DNA of 64,000 nt from an uncultured Fibrobacterota bacterium (GTDB taxonomy: Bacteria > Fibrobacterota > Chitinivibrionia > Chitinivibrionales > FEN-1185). Every line of letters begins with the position of its first letter. Positions within the stretch are counted from its first letter, which is position 1. Below are positions 8,877 to 18,136 of the stretch, one piece after another. The position numbers and the translations under genes are program-made. The notes under the pieces were generated by a model. It was not told where the DNA came from and ran no database searches. It saw only the letters and a list, made by a program, of their open reading frames with translations. The DNA is taken from the NCBI GenBank assembly GCA_963729895.1, contig CAVSQB010000010.1:1-64000 (forward strand), written 5' to 3'.

Positions 8877-8908
8877 AGCCGCGGAATCCTCTCCGCGGCT
8901 TTTTTTTT
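8877..8908 (+). terminator. Intrinsic terminator after GH3-2
   Basis: AGCCGCGGA-atcctc-TCCGCGGCT followed by T8. Confidence 0.85.
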
Positions 8909-9030
8909 AAGGCGCCTCGGAGTTTCTTGGTGAGTCCTGCCAGGTCCTTGCAACGCGGAAACCGCTGGCAGAAGGTCCTTTCGGGACAACATCCTTCACC
9001 GCAAAAAACTCCGATGACCCTTCTTGAAGA

Positions 9031-10167
9031 TCAGGAGACTTTTACCGCATCAACTTCGATTTCAAATAGGAGATCGTGTCTGCAGATATCGTTCTGGGGA
9101 ACAATCCACGGCAGGTCCGGTGCTGCCGACGATTGGAGAAAGCGGGAAAACGCCGCAGCGCCGGCAGGATGTTTCATATAGGCGATCGCACGGACGACGT
9201 CGGACCATTCCATGCGACTGGAAGACAACAATGCTTCCACCACCACCATGGTCTTGCCGATCTGGCCGTCAATGTCGCCTTTGCAAACCGTCTCCCCCGC
9301 CTCGTTGATGCTTGCGGTACCCGACACCAGAAGACGCCGCTCCCCGGGCCTTTCGACTTCAACGGCCCTGGAAAAAGCGCTGCCGTATCCAAACGCCTGG
9401 TTCTGCAGCGGTGAGATCGCTTCCCGAACCGAGGCATTACGGTGCTTGAACACGATTGCTTCCGCGCCTGCAACGAGCGCGGCCTGGTATGGATTCTTCC
9501 CGCCGATCCCGGTACTCGCAGGTAGAAGCCTGTTGAAGATGCCGCGTTCGCGATAGAACCGGGTGCGCACCGCGTTAAACTCGGAATACCAATCGAGCAG
9601 TTGATCGTTGTAAAACCAAGTGCGGACAATGTTCGTGGTGTCCATGCCTGCCGCATTGAGAGCGGCCTCGAGCTTCTCAAGGGTAAGCTGCGTCTGCTGT
9701 CCCGGCAACGCCGAAAAAGCATTCGAATGAATCCCTCCTGCCAGACAATAGCGTCCAACGCCATCTTCCCACACCCTGGCAACAGGCACTGCGTCGAGGC
9801 ATACCGTTTCGACAACGGGTCCGGCAACCGACCGGACAAGGATGCCGGCAAGTGAATCGCGGCTGCAATCGAGTCCCTCCACCCAGGTAACCGGAAAGCC
9901 GGGAGGCGGAAACAGTCCCTCGAGCGCCCTCGTGAACGCCTTGTAGCGGTCGCACGGGCCGAAAACATCGCATTTGATGATGGAGGTGCCCGATTCTTTG
10001 AGAAACCGGGCGAGGCAGGCTGCAAGCGCGGTCTCATCTTCCGAGCCTACGGGCCTCAATGCGGCATACGCGGTCCTCTGGCCGTCATTCTCTACATATA
10101 CCGCATGGAAGCCGCTGTCCATGTCGCGGCGGACAATGCTGGCCATTTGCAAGATCCCATCCGTCAT
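9031..10167 (-). CDS. Multi-domain RidA/YjgF-fold protein (FkbO/Hyg5 chorismatase-like superfamily)
   Basis: IVRTWFY, PASTGIG, FSRA, LVSGTASI and DICR.DLLFEIE motifs. Confidence 0.75.
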   Translation of the reverse strand: MTDGILQMASIVRRDMDSGFHAVYVENDGQRTAYAALRPVGSEDETALAACLARFLKESGTSIIKCDVFGPCDRYKAFTRALEGLFPPPGFPVTWVEGLDCSRDSLAGILVRSVAGPVVETVCLDAVPVARVWEDGVGRYCLAGGIHSNAFSALPGQQTQLTLEKLEAALNAAGMDTTNIVRTWFYNDQLLDWYSEFNAVRTRFYRERGIFNRLLPASTGIGGKNPYQAALVAGAEAIVFKHRNASVREAISPLQNQAFGYGSAFSRAVEVERPGERRLLVSGTASINEAGETVCKGDIDGQIGKTMVVVEALLSSSRMEWSDVVRAIAYMKHPAGAAAFSRFLQSSAAPDLPWIVPQNDICRHDLLFEIEVDAVKVS

Positions 10168-10188
10168 GATAAACGGGCCGGGCGATTT

Positions 10189-12132
10189 CTACTCGTATTG
10201 AAGCGCCTTCTGTTCCTTGACGTTCTTCGCCCTGTTTTTCGCTTTGTCCAGATTTGCCCGGGTGAGGCTGTCCGGATGCAGCGTGTACGCAGTTGTCAAT
10301 TCTCGTACGGCTTCGTCGAACTTTCCGCCCTGGAGCAGGAATACGGCATAATTGGTGTGCGCCTGATAATGGTCTTCGTCGTCGATATGAAGCTCTATGG
10401 CGGCCAAGAACTCTTTCACCGCCTCCTCCGGTCTTCCTTTTTCCCACAAGATCGCGCCCAGATTGTTATGCGCGAAGTAATCCTTGGGGTTGAACTTTAT
10501 TGCCTCACGGTAGGCCGGAATCGCCTTGTCGTAGTCGCCGCACTGGTGGAGAATATTGGCGATCCGGTAATAGGAATAGGCGTCGAGATAGTCGCTGCGG
10601 ATATGAAGCAGCGCGTCGGCGGTGTTGTTTACAAATTCGGGAATGTTGGCCGCCCTGTTGGGGCTTGTGAAATTCTCAAGCACCACGGGACGGCTGCTGT
10701 TCCCCGCGTCGTCGATGTGCGTGAGAAAGAGCTGGGTGTAGGGCCCGTTTACTTTGGAAGAAAACACAAGCCATCGCCCGTTGGGCGACCAGCTGTGCCA
10801 CGAATTCATTATGGGCAGGTTGCAGGCAAGTTCGCGCGCTTCACCACCCTGTGCGGGCATAATGTACAAACGCGAATCCGGTTGCAGAAGCATGTAATTG
10901 TGCGCCTTGCAGAAGACAATCCACTTGCCGTCCGGGGAGTACTTTGCGAAATAGTTGCTCATGGAATTTTTCGAAGCTCCCGCGAGCGGGACGGCCTCTC
11001 CGCCTTTGCCGCCGTTAAACGGAATCCGGTACAGATCGTACTTGAAGGACTTACCCTGGTTGGCAATGAAGCTGTCCGCTTCGGGTCCGTTGATAAGGGC
11101 GCGGCGCTGCCGGGTGAACACGTCGAGGTTGTAGGCCTTGCTGCGCGGATACACCAGATACCGGCCGTCGGGGCTCCACGTCGCGTTGGTCTGCACGAAT
11201 TTCCTGTCGTCCGCTCCCGGCAGGGCGGAAAATTTCTTTGTCTGCCGGTCATAAATGGCGACGATTCCCTTGATAAGAAAGAATAGCTGTGAAAACATGA
11301 GGTTGGGACGGTACACGGCGAGCGCCTGGTCTTTCACCGTGCCCGCGACGTACCTGCCGTCGGGTGACACCTGGCAGAGCAGGCCGAAGGTGGGATCATG
11401 GTCTTCCTTGCGGTAATTGGCCCAGCTGATGATTTTTGTTCTGTCAAGAAGTATGTCCTGCACGATCGGCATAACGGCATAGGCGCCCTTGTCGTTGCCG
11501 GAATCCACTTCCATGCACAAAAGCTTGCCGTCTTTCGACACGGAATGGCAGTTGCCGCACACGGGAAGCTTCTGCAACACGATCCTTGGTTGCTGGTCGG
11601 AGGAAATGACGCCGTACCGCCACCGTATGGTGGACGGGTCTTTCACCGCTTCCTCGAAGGGGAGATTCACCTCGCGGTAGAAAATGGGGGCCTTGACGGA
11701 ATCGGACGAAATGCCGAAGACCACCCGGCCGCCGGAAAGCGTCCTGCTCCACTTGGACTTATTGACGCCGTGGAATTCCACGATCACCTGTTTCCCCGCT
11801 CCGCGACGTTTGATCTCCTCCCAGCTTTCCCCGGCCGGCTTCCACGTTTTCTTTTCCGACGAGAACTGGAGCACGTCGGCGCCATCCTGAAACCGCACTG
11901 CAATGTGCCATTTGTCGGCAAGGGGCCTTGAATCCTGCCACCTGAATACCGGCGCGGCAATGTCGGGCGGGAACAGCGCGTCCTGGTACGGGTATTCCAC
12001 GGTGATGCCGGTCTGCCGGGCCTGCTGCTGGACGGTCATGACATGCGTTCTATAGAACACGATTCCCACGAACAAGGCCAGGACCAAAAGTACGGCGGCC
12101 AGGACGGCAAGATAACGCGATGAAAGGCTCAT
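10189..12132 (-). CDS. Membrane-anchored PD40/TolB-like beta-propeller protein with CxxCH motif and C-terminal TPRs
   Basis: N-terminal TM; repeated SPDGR/SPDGK/SPNGR; CGNCH; TPR-like AHNNLGAIL and AIPAYREAIKFNP. Confidence 0.85.
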   Translation of the reverse strand: MSLSSRYLAVLAAVLLVLALFVGIVFYRTHVMTVQQQARQTGITVEYPYQDALFPPDIAAPVFRWQDSRPLADKWHIAVRFQDGADVLQFSSEKKTWKPAGESWEEIKRRGAGKQVIVEFHGVNKSKWSRTLSGGRVVFGISSDSVKAPIFYREVNLPFEEAVKDPSTIRWRYGVISSDQQPRIVLQKLPVCGNCHSVSKDGKLLCMEVDSGNDKGAYAVMPIVQDILLDRTKIISWANYRKEDHDPTFGLLCQVSPDGRYVAGTVKDQALAVYRPNLMFSQLFFLIKGIVAIYDRQTKKFSALPGADDRKFVQTNATWSPDGRYLVYPRSKAYNLDVFTRQRRALINGPEADSFIANQGKSFKYDLYRIPFNGGKGGEAVPLAGASKNSMSNYFAKYSPDGKWIVFCKAHNYMLLQPDSRLYIMPAQGGEARELACNLPIMNSWHSWSPNGRWLVFSSKVNGPYTQLFLTHIDDAGNSSRPVVLENFTSPNRAANIPEFVNNTADALLHIRSDYLDAYSYYRIANILHQCGDYDKAIPAYREAIKFNPKDYFAHNNLGAILWEKGRPEEAVKEFLAAIELHIDDEDHYQAHTNYAVFLLQGGKFDEAVRELTTAYTLHPDSLTRANLDKAKNRAKNVKEQKALQYE

Positions 12133-12347
12133 CCGTTCTCCCCAGGGAAGATAAGATAAAGCGAGGCATTACGGATCACTTCCGAACGCCGTGAATAAAA
12201 AATATACTTCACCACGCTGTATTCCTGTTAGTTGATACCGGGAAAGGCATGGCCGATCTTCTTCTTCCGGGATATATTTTTGTTCTACTGCGCTCGAGGG
12301 TGCAAAGAGGTCTCCACGCGCACCACCCTGTTTCCGGGAACCGGTTC

Positions 12348-12899
12348 ATGCTCAAGCTGGCGATTGCCTTCCTGTACTATTTCTACAACGCCTTTGTTAC
12401 CAACCTACCCCTCTATTGGATGCGGCACTGCTATTTGCGGAATGCGCTTCGCGTCCGGATCGGCAGAAACAGCGCCGTGCACATGGGGTGTTTTATTGCG
12501 GGACGCGCAATTACCATCGGCGACAACACCGTTGTCAACCGGAACTGCTTTCTTGACGGCCGGGTCGGGATAGACATCGGCAGCAACGTGAGCATTTCCG
12601 CAGAAACCTGCATCATTTCCCTGGACCACGATCCGATGTCCCCGGATTTCTCCACACGAGGGGAAAAGGTGAGCATCGCCGATTACGTGTGGACCGGGAT
12701 GCGGACCATTGTTCTTCCCGGAGTGCGGTTGGGCAAAGGCTGCGTGGCCGGGGCAGGCAGCGTGGTCACAAAAAGCTTCGAGGATTTTTCGATAGTCGCG
12801 GGAAACCCCGCAAAAAAAATCGGGGAAAGAACCTCCGATCTGAGATACAAGCCTTCGTATTTTCCATTTTTCAATACCGACGTTCTTCCGGGCAAATGA
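12348..12899 (+). CDS. Hexapeptide-repeat (LbH) O-acetyltransferase (start 12348 preferred, 12249 possible)
   Basis: IG hexapeptide repeats, VLPGVRLG, AGSVVTKS, VAGNPAK. Confidence 0.88.
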   Translation: MLKLAIAFLYYFYNAFVTNLPLYWMRHCYLRNALRVRIGRNSAVHMGCFIAGRAITIGDNTVVNRNCFLDGRVGIDIGSNVSISAETCIISLDHDPMSPDFSTRGEKVSIADYVWTGMRTIVLPGVRLGKGCVAGAGSVVTKSFEDFSIVAGNPAKKIGERTSDLRYKPSYFPFFNTDVLPGK

Positions 12900-14065
12900 T
12901 GAAGACCCTTTTCATCTCTTCGTACTACCTGTTTGCAGACACGCGCTTCGGCGGTTCGAAACGTCTCTACTATTTTGCAAAGGCGCTCGAAAAATGCGGC
13001 GAGGTATATGTTATCTGCCACGACGGGTGCGGGGAACTGGCAGGCAGCACCGATGCAATGCCGCGTACCGATTTCAGCCATTTCCTGTTTCTTCCTATTG
13101 GGGAAACGAGGAACCTTTTTGGAAAATTTCTCCGTCCCGGATATGACACCCGCCGTTTCCTCAACGCGAACGCCGGCGTCATCCGAGAGTTTTTAGGGGC
13201 CGCTGACGTGGACGCGGCGTTCCTCGCCTATCCTTTGGCCCTGTCTTTTATAGGGACCGTTGTCCCGGCCGGAACGCGGCCCATCGTGTACCTTGAAGAC
13301 GACCTGCTTATCGAAAGCATAGCCGCACATAAGGGAAATAACGTCCTCGACCTGTACCGCGCGGTTCGACTCAAGCAGATGCGTTGGTATTATGCGGAAA
13401 AACTATCTCACGTGGACGCCTTTGTCTCGATTTCTTCCCAGGAAGAAGCGCTCGTTAAGCGATATTTCCCGGGCGTAAATTCCCACATCATCAAATATGG
13501 CATTCCGCTTGACGACTATTGCTTTTTCGCATCGCGGCCAAAGGACTTTACCGTGGGGTTCATCGGCAACTTCCTTCATGTCCCCAATGCCGACGCGCTC
13601 GGCTGGTTCCTGCAGAAGGTTTATCCCGTTCTTGTCCATGCGGCTCCGGGGATCAGGGTGCTTATCGCCGGGAAAAACATCCCCGAGCGCCTTCGCGGAG
13701 AGTTCGCGGGCGACACGTCGCTTGCGTGGGTGGAAAACACCCCGCAGCTGGGGGATTTTTATAGAAGCATATCCGTGTTTGTCAACCCGATTGTTTCCGG
13801 ACGCGGGCTGCGGACAAAACTGGTGGAAGCCGCCGCGTTCGGCAGGCCTATCGTGTCAACGTCGCTTGGCGCGGAAGGGTATGAGGATCTCACGATTGAC
13901 ATCGCGGACGGTCACACGCATTTTGCCGAGCGCTGCCTGGCGCTCAAAAACGATGTTTCCCATTATGAGCACTGCGCGGAAAGCAACAGGAAAACGGTGG
14001 AACAAATGTATTCGCTTGAGGCAGTGGGCAGGCAGTTATTGAGCCTCCTGCAGAGGAATAATTGA
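12896..14065 (+). CDS. GT4 family glycosyltransferase
   Basis: ATGA overlap with the upstream stop; FIGNF.H.PN.DA and GLRTKLVEAAAFGRPIVST motifs. Confidence 0.88.
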   Translation: MMKTLFISSYYLFADTRFGGSKRLYYFAKALEKCGEVYVICHDGCGELAGSTDAMPRTDFSHFLFLPIGETRNLFGKFLRPGYDTRRFLNANAGVIREFLGAADVDAAFLAYPLALSFIGTVVPAGTRPIVYLEDDLLIESIAAHKGNNVLDLYRAVRLKQMRWYYAEKLSHVDAFVSISSQEEALVKRYFPGVNSHIIKYGIPLDDYCFFASRPKDFTVGFIGNFLHVPNADALGWFLQKVYPVLVHAAPGIRVLIAGKNIPERLRGEFAGDTSLAWVENTPQLGDFYRSISVFVNPIVSGRGLRTKLVEAAAFGRPIVSTSLGAEGYEDLTIDIADGHTHFAERCLALKNDVSHYEHCAESNRKTVEQMYSLEAVGRQLLSLLQRNN

Positions 14066-15030
14066 TGGCCCCGCCCCTGGTATCCCTTCTCGTGCTCAAT
14101 TGGAACGGCGAGAGATTGCTGGCGGAATGCATGGATTCGCTTGCGAGGCTCCGCTACTCACCTTGTGAGATCATCGTCGTGGACAACGCGTCCACGGACG
14201 GCTCCCTTGCCCTGCTTGCAACCATGAAAGGGATTACGATTGTCAAGAATAACGCGAACCTCGGTTATGCGGGCGGCATAAACGCGGGCATGAAGGCTGC
14301 CAACGGCACGTACGTCGCCACGCTCAACAACGACATCACCGTTGACCCGGAATGGCTCGGCACGTTGATTTCCCTTATGGAAAGTGACAGCACCATCGGT
14401 ATCGCGAGCGGCAGACAAATGAATTACTTCGACCGCACTGCCGTCGATGCCCTGTATTCCTTTCTCCACCCCAGCCTCATTTTCTTCCAGGAGGCATTCC
14501 GGAAACGCTACGATCCGCGCGTCCACGGGTCGGGCCCCGCACTGGTGCTTGGCGTAAGCGGGGCTTCCACCATCTACCGGAAAAAAATGTTTGACGAACT
14601 GAAGGGTCTTGACGAGACCCTGTTCGCCTTTCATGAGGAATCCGACTTGTGCATGCGCGCATTTCTTGCGGGATGGAAATGCGTCTATGTTCCGACGGCC
14701 GTTGCATACCACCGCAGAAGCGTCAGTTTCAACAGGGTCAGGGGAACGATGTTCTTTTATCTCACGCGAAACCGGCTCTGGTTCATCTGCAAATACTCAC
14801 CATTCTCTCTTGTTCTCAGGAATCTCGGCTGGATTCTGTTTACGGAACTGCGCATTCTCCGGTATGTGGTATTCCGGGAGCGGGTGCTTTTCTCCTATGC
14901 AAGGGGCATTGCCCACGGCCTTTCGGGTGTGGCGCGTTTTAGGGCTGTGAGACGCAGGAACATGAAACTGCTCGAAAAAAGGTCTGTGGAATATGAAACC
15001 CTCAGGAAGAGGAAATTTGTTCCGCTCTGA
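14065..15030 (+). CDS. GT2 family glycosyltransferase
   Basis: VLNWNG, VVDNASTDGS, NLGYAGG, LNND and EESDLC.R motifs; TGATG overlap. Confidence 0.92.
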   Translation: MAPPLVSLLVLNWNGERLLAECMDSLARLRYSPCEIIVVDNASTDGSLALLATMKGITIVKNNANLGYAGGINAGMKAANGTYVATLNNDITVDPEWLGTLISLMESDSTIGIASGRQMNYFDRTAVDALYSFLHPSLIFFQEAFRKRYDPRVHGSGPALVLGVSGASTIYRKKMFDELKGLDETLFAFHEESDLCMRAFLAGWKCVYVPTAVAYHRRSVSFNRVRGTMFFYLTRNRLWFICKYSPFSLVLRNLGWILFTELRILRYVVFRERVLFSYARGIAHGLSGVARFRAVRRRNMKLLEKRSVEYETLRKRKFVPL

Positions 15031-15077
15031 GAAATCAAGGACGCCAGTACCAGTGTCCTTTATGATCCGGGCTCAAC

Positions 15078-15116
15078 AAAACGGGCGCGCGGCCCCAAAG
15101 GCCGCGCGCCCGTTTT
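15078..15116. terminator. Bidirectional terminator between convergent GT2 and LRR genes
   Basis: AAAACGGGCGCGCGGCC-ccaaa-GGCCGCGCGCCCGTTTT. Confidence 0.85.
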
Positions 15117-15137
15117 CCGTCTTGTCACATTTCGGCA

Positions 15138-16721
15138 TCAGAAGAGTGACAGGATCACGCCTCTTGCGGTCAAAGTGTCTGTTTCCGCTGCAGTAAACTG
15201 GTTAGCGTTGCCGTACAGCGTGTCGCCCGAACCTATGATCGCCATAAAGGGCGCACTGTTCGTGGAATCGATACCGCTGTAGCGGATGTCCAGCCAGTTG
15301 ATCTGCGTGAGGCCGGCAAGTCCGCTTACGTCCTTGATCGATGTGCAGCCGTTGAGGCTCAAATGCGTGAGCTGGGTGAGATTCGCCATGTTCGGCATGA
15401 TTGAATCGAGGCCCGTGCAATATTGCACATTAAGGTATCTGAGTTTTGACAAGCCGGTAATGAAGGAAATAGACGCAATGCCCACGTCGTTGTGCACGTC
15501 GAGCCATTCGAGGTTCGTAAGCGTGCCAAGACTCGAAAGGTCCGTAAGCCCGCCGCAATTATGCAACTCGATTTTCTTGAGAGTGGTGAGCCCGCCAAGG
15601 GTGGAAATGGAGGTAAGGGCGTCGCCTTGAATGGAAATATCCGCAGGGTGCGAAAGGCCCGACAGAGCGGAGATGTCCGTGATATTCTCGTCGTTGATTT
15701 TGAATGTGTCGAGCGAGGTGATGCCCTGCAGGAAGGCCAGCGTGGAATTCAGGTAACTATCAATGTAAAGATAGCTGAGGCTCGTGAGCCCGCTTAACTG
15801 AATGGTATCAAGAAACTGGCTGCCCACAATGAGAGATTTGAGACCCGCAAGCCCTGTCAGTTTCAACGTGGCAATCCCGTTTAAATTTGTAAGGTCTACA
15901 GTGTCCAGTACCGGCAGGTTATTGAGAACCACCGCTTTCACCGAGTCGCAATACTCAAAATCAATCTTTTGCACCTTGGGCAGGTTCGCCAATTGTACGG
16001 CAGGGAGCGCATTGTTCGCGATCAGGATTGTCTGGAGATTAGGGAGCCCGGAAAGGCCGGACAGGCTCACCGCGTCCTGGCCTGCAACGCGGACCCATTG
16101 AAGATTTGTGAGGGTTGACAAAGCCGAATACCCCGTTATTCCGTTTGCCCATCCCAGATCGAGCCAGGTCAGATTTGTGAGTTTCGATAATGGAGTGATA
16201 TCCGTGATGCCGTTCGCGCTGAGGAGGTTGAGTTTTTGAAGGGTTTTGAGATTTGCCAGGGAGTCAATGTTCGTAATTCTGTAGCACCCTTCGAGACTGA
16301 GAGTCACAATCTTTGGCAGATGCGAAATCGGCGTGATGTCTGAAACTCCGTAGCAATTGGCCACGTCGAGTTCCGTAAGGCTGTCCAGATTCGACAGCGG
16401 GGCGAGGCTGGTGACATTGAAGCATTCGTCAATGTTGAGGTACCAGAGTTTGGCAAGGTTAGACAAAGGAGTGAGATCGGTAAACTGATTGGAATCGAGA
16501 TTGAGCCATTCGAGCGAAGTCGCGTTTTGCAAGAACGACAGGTCCTCAACTCCGGACTTGGCAAAATTCGCGTATGTCTGGGTGCCGAGTCCGACCGTAT
16601 CGTATTTGAAAACGTACGTTGTATCCCGTTGAATTGATGTAGTCTGAGTGCATCCCCAAAATTGGGTACTCGCCGAAAGAATGGGAACCAACAGAGCAAG
16701 TGAAAGAAGGAATCTTTTCAT
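15138..16721 (-). CDS. Leucine-rich-repeat (internalin-like) lipoprotein
   Basis: Lipobox-like FWGC; many 22-23-aa LxxLxxLxxLxL repeats (e.g. ITDITPLSKLTNLTWLDL); GGAGG RBS. Confidence 0.9.
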   Translation of the reverse strand: MKRFLLSLALLVPILSASTQFWGCTQTTSIQRDTTYVFKYDTVGLGTQTYANFAKSGVEDLSFLQNATSLEWLNLDSNQFTDLTPLSNLAKLWYLNIDECFNVTSLAPLSNLDSLTELDVANCYGVSDITPISHLPKIVTLSLEGCYRITNIDSLANLKTLQKLNLLSANGITDITPLSKLTNLTWLDLGWANGITGYSALSTLTNLQWVRVAGQDAVSLSGLSGLPNLQTILIANNALPAVQLANLPKVQKIDFEYCDSVKAVVLNNLPVLDTVDLTNLNGIATLKLTGLAGLKSLIVGSQFLDTIQLSGLTSLSYLYIDSYLNSTLAFLQGITSLDTFKINDENITDISALSGLSHPADISIQGDALTSISTLGGLTTLKKIELHNCGGLTDLSSLGTLTNLEWLDVHNDVGIASISFITGLSKLRYLNVQYCTGLDSIMPNMANLTQLTHLSLNGCTSIKDVSGLAGLTQINWLDIRYSGIDSTNSAPFMAIIGSGDTLYGNANQFTAAETDTLTARGVILSLF

Positions 16722-16903
16722 TAAACCCTCCTGCGGAATGGGTTAAGGTAATTTTGGCGCAACCGATGATTTCTCAGAGGAAAAACCCCTTAAACAACAA
16801 GCTAAAATACGTGGCAAAGAACAGGCGATGCAAGAAAAAAAATTGTAACCTTCCGCAGGACGTATCAGCATTTCGATAGTATATTAATGGTTCGGAGGGA
16901 CAC

Positions 16904-17998
16904 ATGCGAACGTTACTGAGGCTTTCCGCACTATTGCTTGCCGTGGCTTCGGCAGGTTGGGCCCAGGACAGCACGTGGACGCTTGTGTGGTCCGACGAGT
17001 TCAACCAGCGGTTTCTGGATTCGACGTATTGGAACTACGATGTCGGAACCGGAACCAACGGCTGGGGAAACAACGAATTGCAGTATTACACCGATGGTGA
17101 GAATATTTCCTTTGTAGACAGCTGCCTCGTCATCGACCTGCGGAAACAGACCGTCGGCGCGTCTCAATACACCTCCTCGCGGATTAACACCAGAAAGAAA
17201 ATGGAGCTTGAATACGGAAAGATCCAGGCAAGGATCAAGGCGCCGTATTCCCAGGCTGTGTGGCCTGCGTTCTGGACCCTTGGCGCCAATTTCGAAGCTG
17301 TAGGCTGGCCCGCATGCGGAGAAATGGACATTTTCGAAATGGCATGCGGCGACTTTTATCCGGACAACCGGGGCGACCACACGAATTTCGCCGTTGTCCA
17401 CTGGACTGATGAGGCCAATTTCCCCATGGACACACAGAGCGCCGTCACAATTCCCGGTCGCATGGCGGACGATTTCCATATCTTTACCTTAATCTGGGAT
17501 GAAAACTACCTCTCGTTTTACTTTGACACTACAACCACTCCCTACCTCAAGGTTGACATTACAAAACCAGAAATGGGGGCGTTTCACCAGCCGCACTCCA
17601 TTGTCTTGGATCTGGCGCTTGGCGGCACAGGGTTCGCGGGATCTCCTGATGCGTCAACAGTTCTTCCCCAGCAACTAACGGTCGATTGGGTCCGCTGGTA
17701 CCAAAAGAAGACAGGGATCCGGCAGATGGCCAACAAGCCGAATCAGCAGGCGGTAAACCTTTTGGAAATGGTCCGTGGCGGATTACTCGTGGATCTGCTC
17801 GCGCCCAGCAAGTCGTTCCTGCGAATCTATGATTGCAGGGGAAGGCTGGTTTTGGACCTGACGCGTGAGACGCGATGCATGTCTCCCGGAACGCATGTCG
17901 TTTCCCTGATGCATGCTCCGGTAACAAACGGAATGTACATAATCAACTTCGGCAACGGCGTAACCTCAGCGGTCAATCGAACCCCCATCACCAGGTAG
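16904..17998 (+). CDS. Secreted GH16 endo-beta-1,3-glucanase (laminarinase-like) with C-terminal T9SS-CTD-like domain
   Basis: WSDEFN, GWGNNELQYY, WPAFW, catalytic GEMDIFE; C-terminal IYDCRGRLV...GMYII; GGAGG RBS. Confidence 0.93.
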   Translation: MRTLLRLSALLLAVASAGWAQDSTWTLVWSDEFNQRFLDSTYWNYDVGTGTNGWGNNELQYYTDGENISFVDSCLVIDLRKQTVGASQYTSSRINTRKKMELEYGKIQARIKAPYSQAVWPAFWTLGANFEAVGWPACGEMDIFEMACGDFYPDNRGDHTNFAVVHWTDEANFPMDTQSAVTIPGRMADDFHIFTLIWDENYLSFYFDTTTTPYLKVDITKPEMGAFHQPHSIVLDLALGGTGFAGSPDASTVLPQQLTVDWVRWYQKKTGIRQMANKPNQQAVNLLEMVRGGLLVDLLAPSKSFLRIYDCRGRLVLDLTRETRCMSPGTHVVSLMHAPVTNGMYIINFGNGVTSAVNRTPITR

Positions 17999-18075
17999 TT
18001 GACATCAGAAACGATCCCTTGGCGGCACAACCGGTCCGGCGTTTTTCCAGATAGCGTCTCCCCATTAGCCCCCAT

Positions 18076-18115
18076 AAAAACAAGGAAGCCCGCCGAGGTG
18101 CGGCGGGCCTCCTTG
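18076..18115 (-). terminator. Intrinsic terminator after GH3-3
   Basis: 15-bp stem with one G-U on the minus strand, followed by T5. Confidence 0.75.
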
Positions 18116-18136
18116 ACTTAAGAAACACGTTTCCGA

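Noticed and set aside
10105..11286. Long opposite-strand ORFs (also 18773-19993, 26426-27805, 30816-31892, 50102-51220, 58723-60168)
   Set aside because: Shadow ORFs of well-supported genes in GC-rich DNA, with no motifs.
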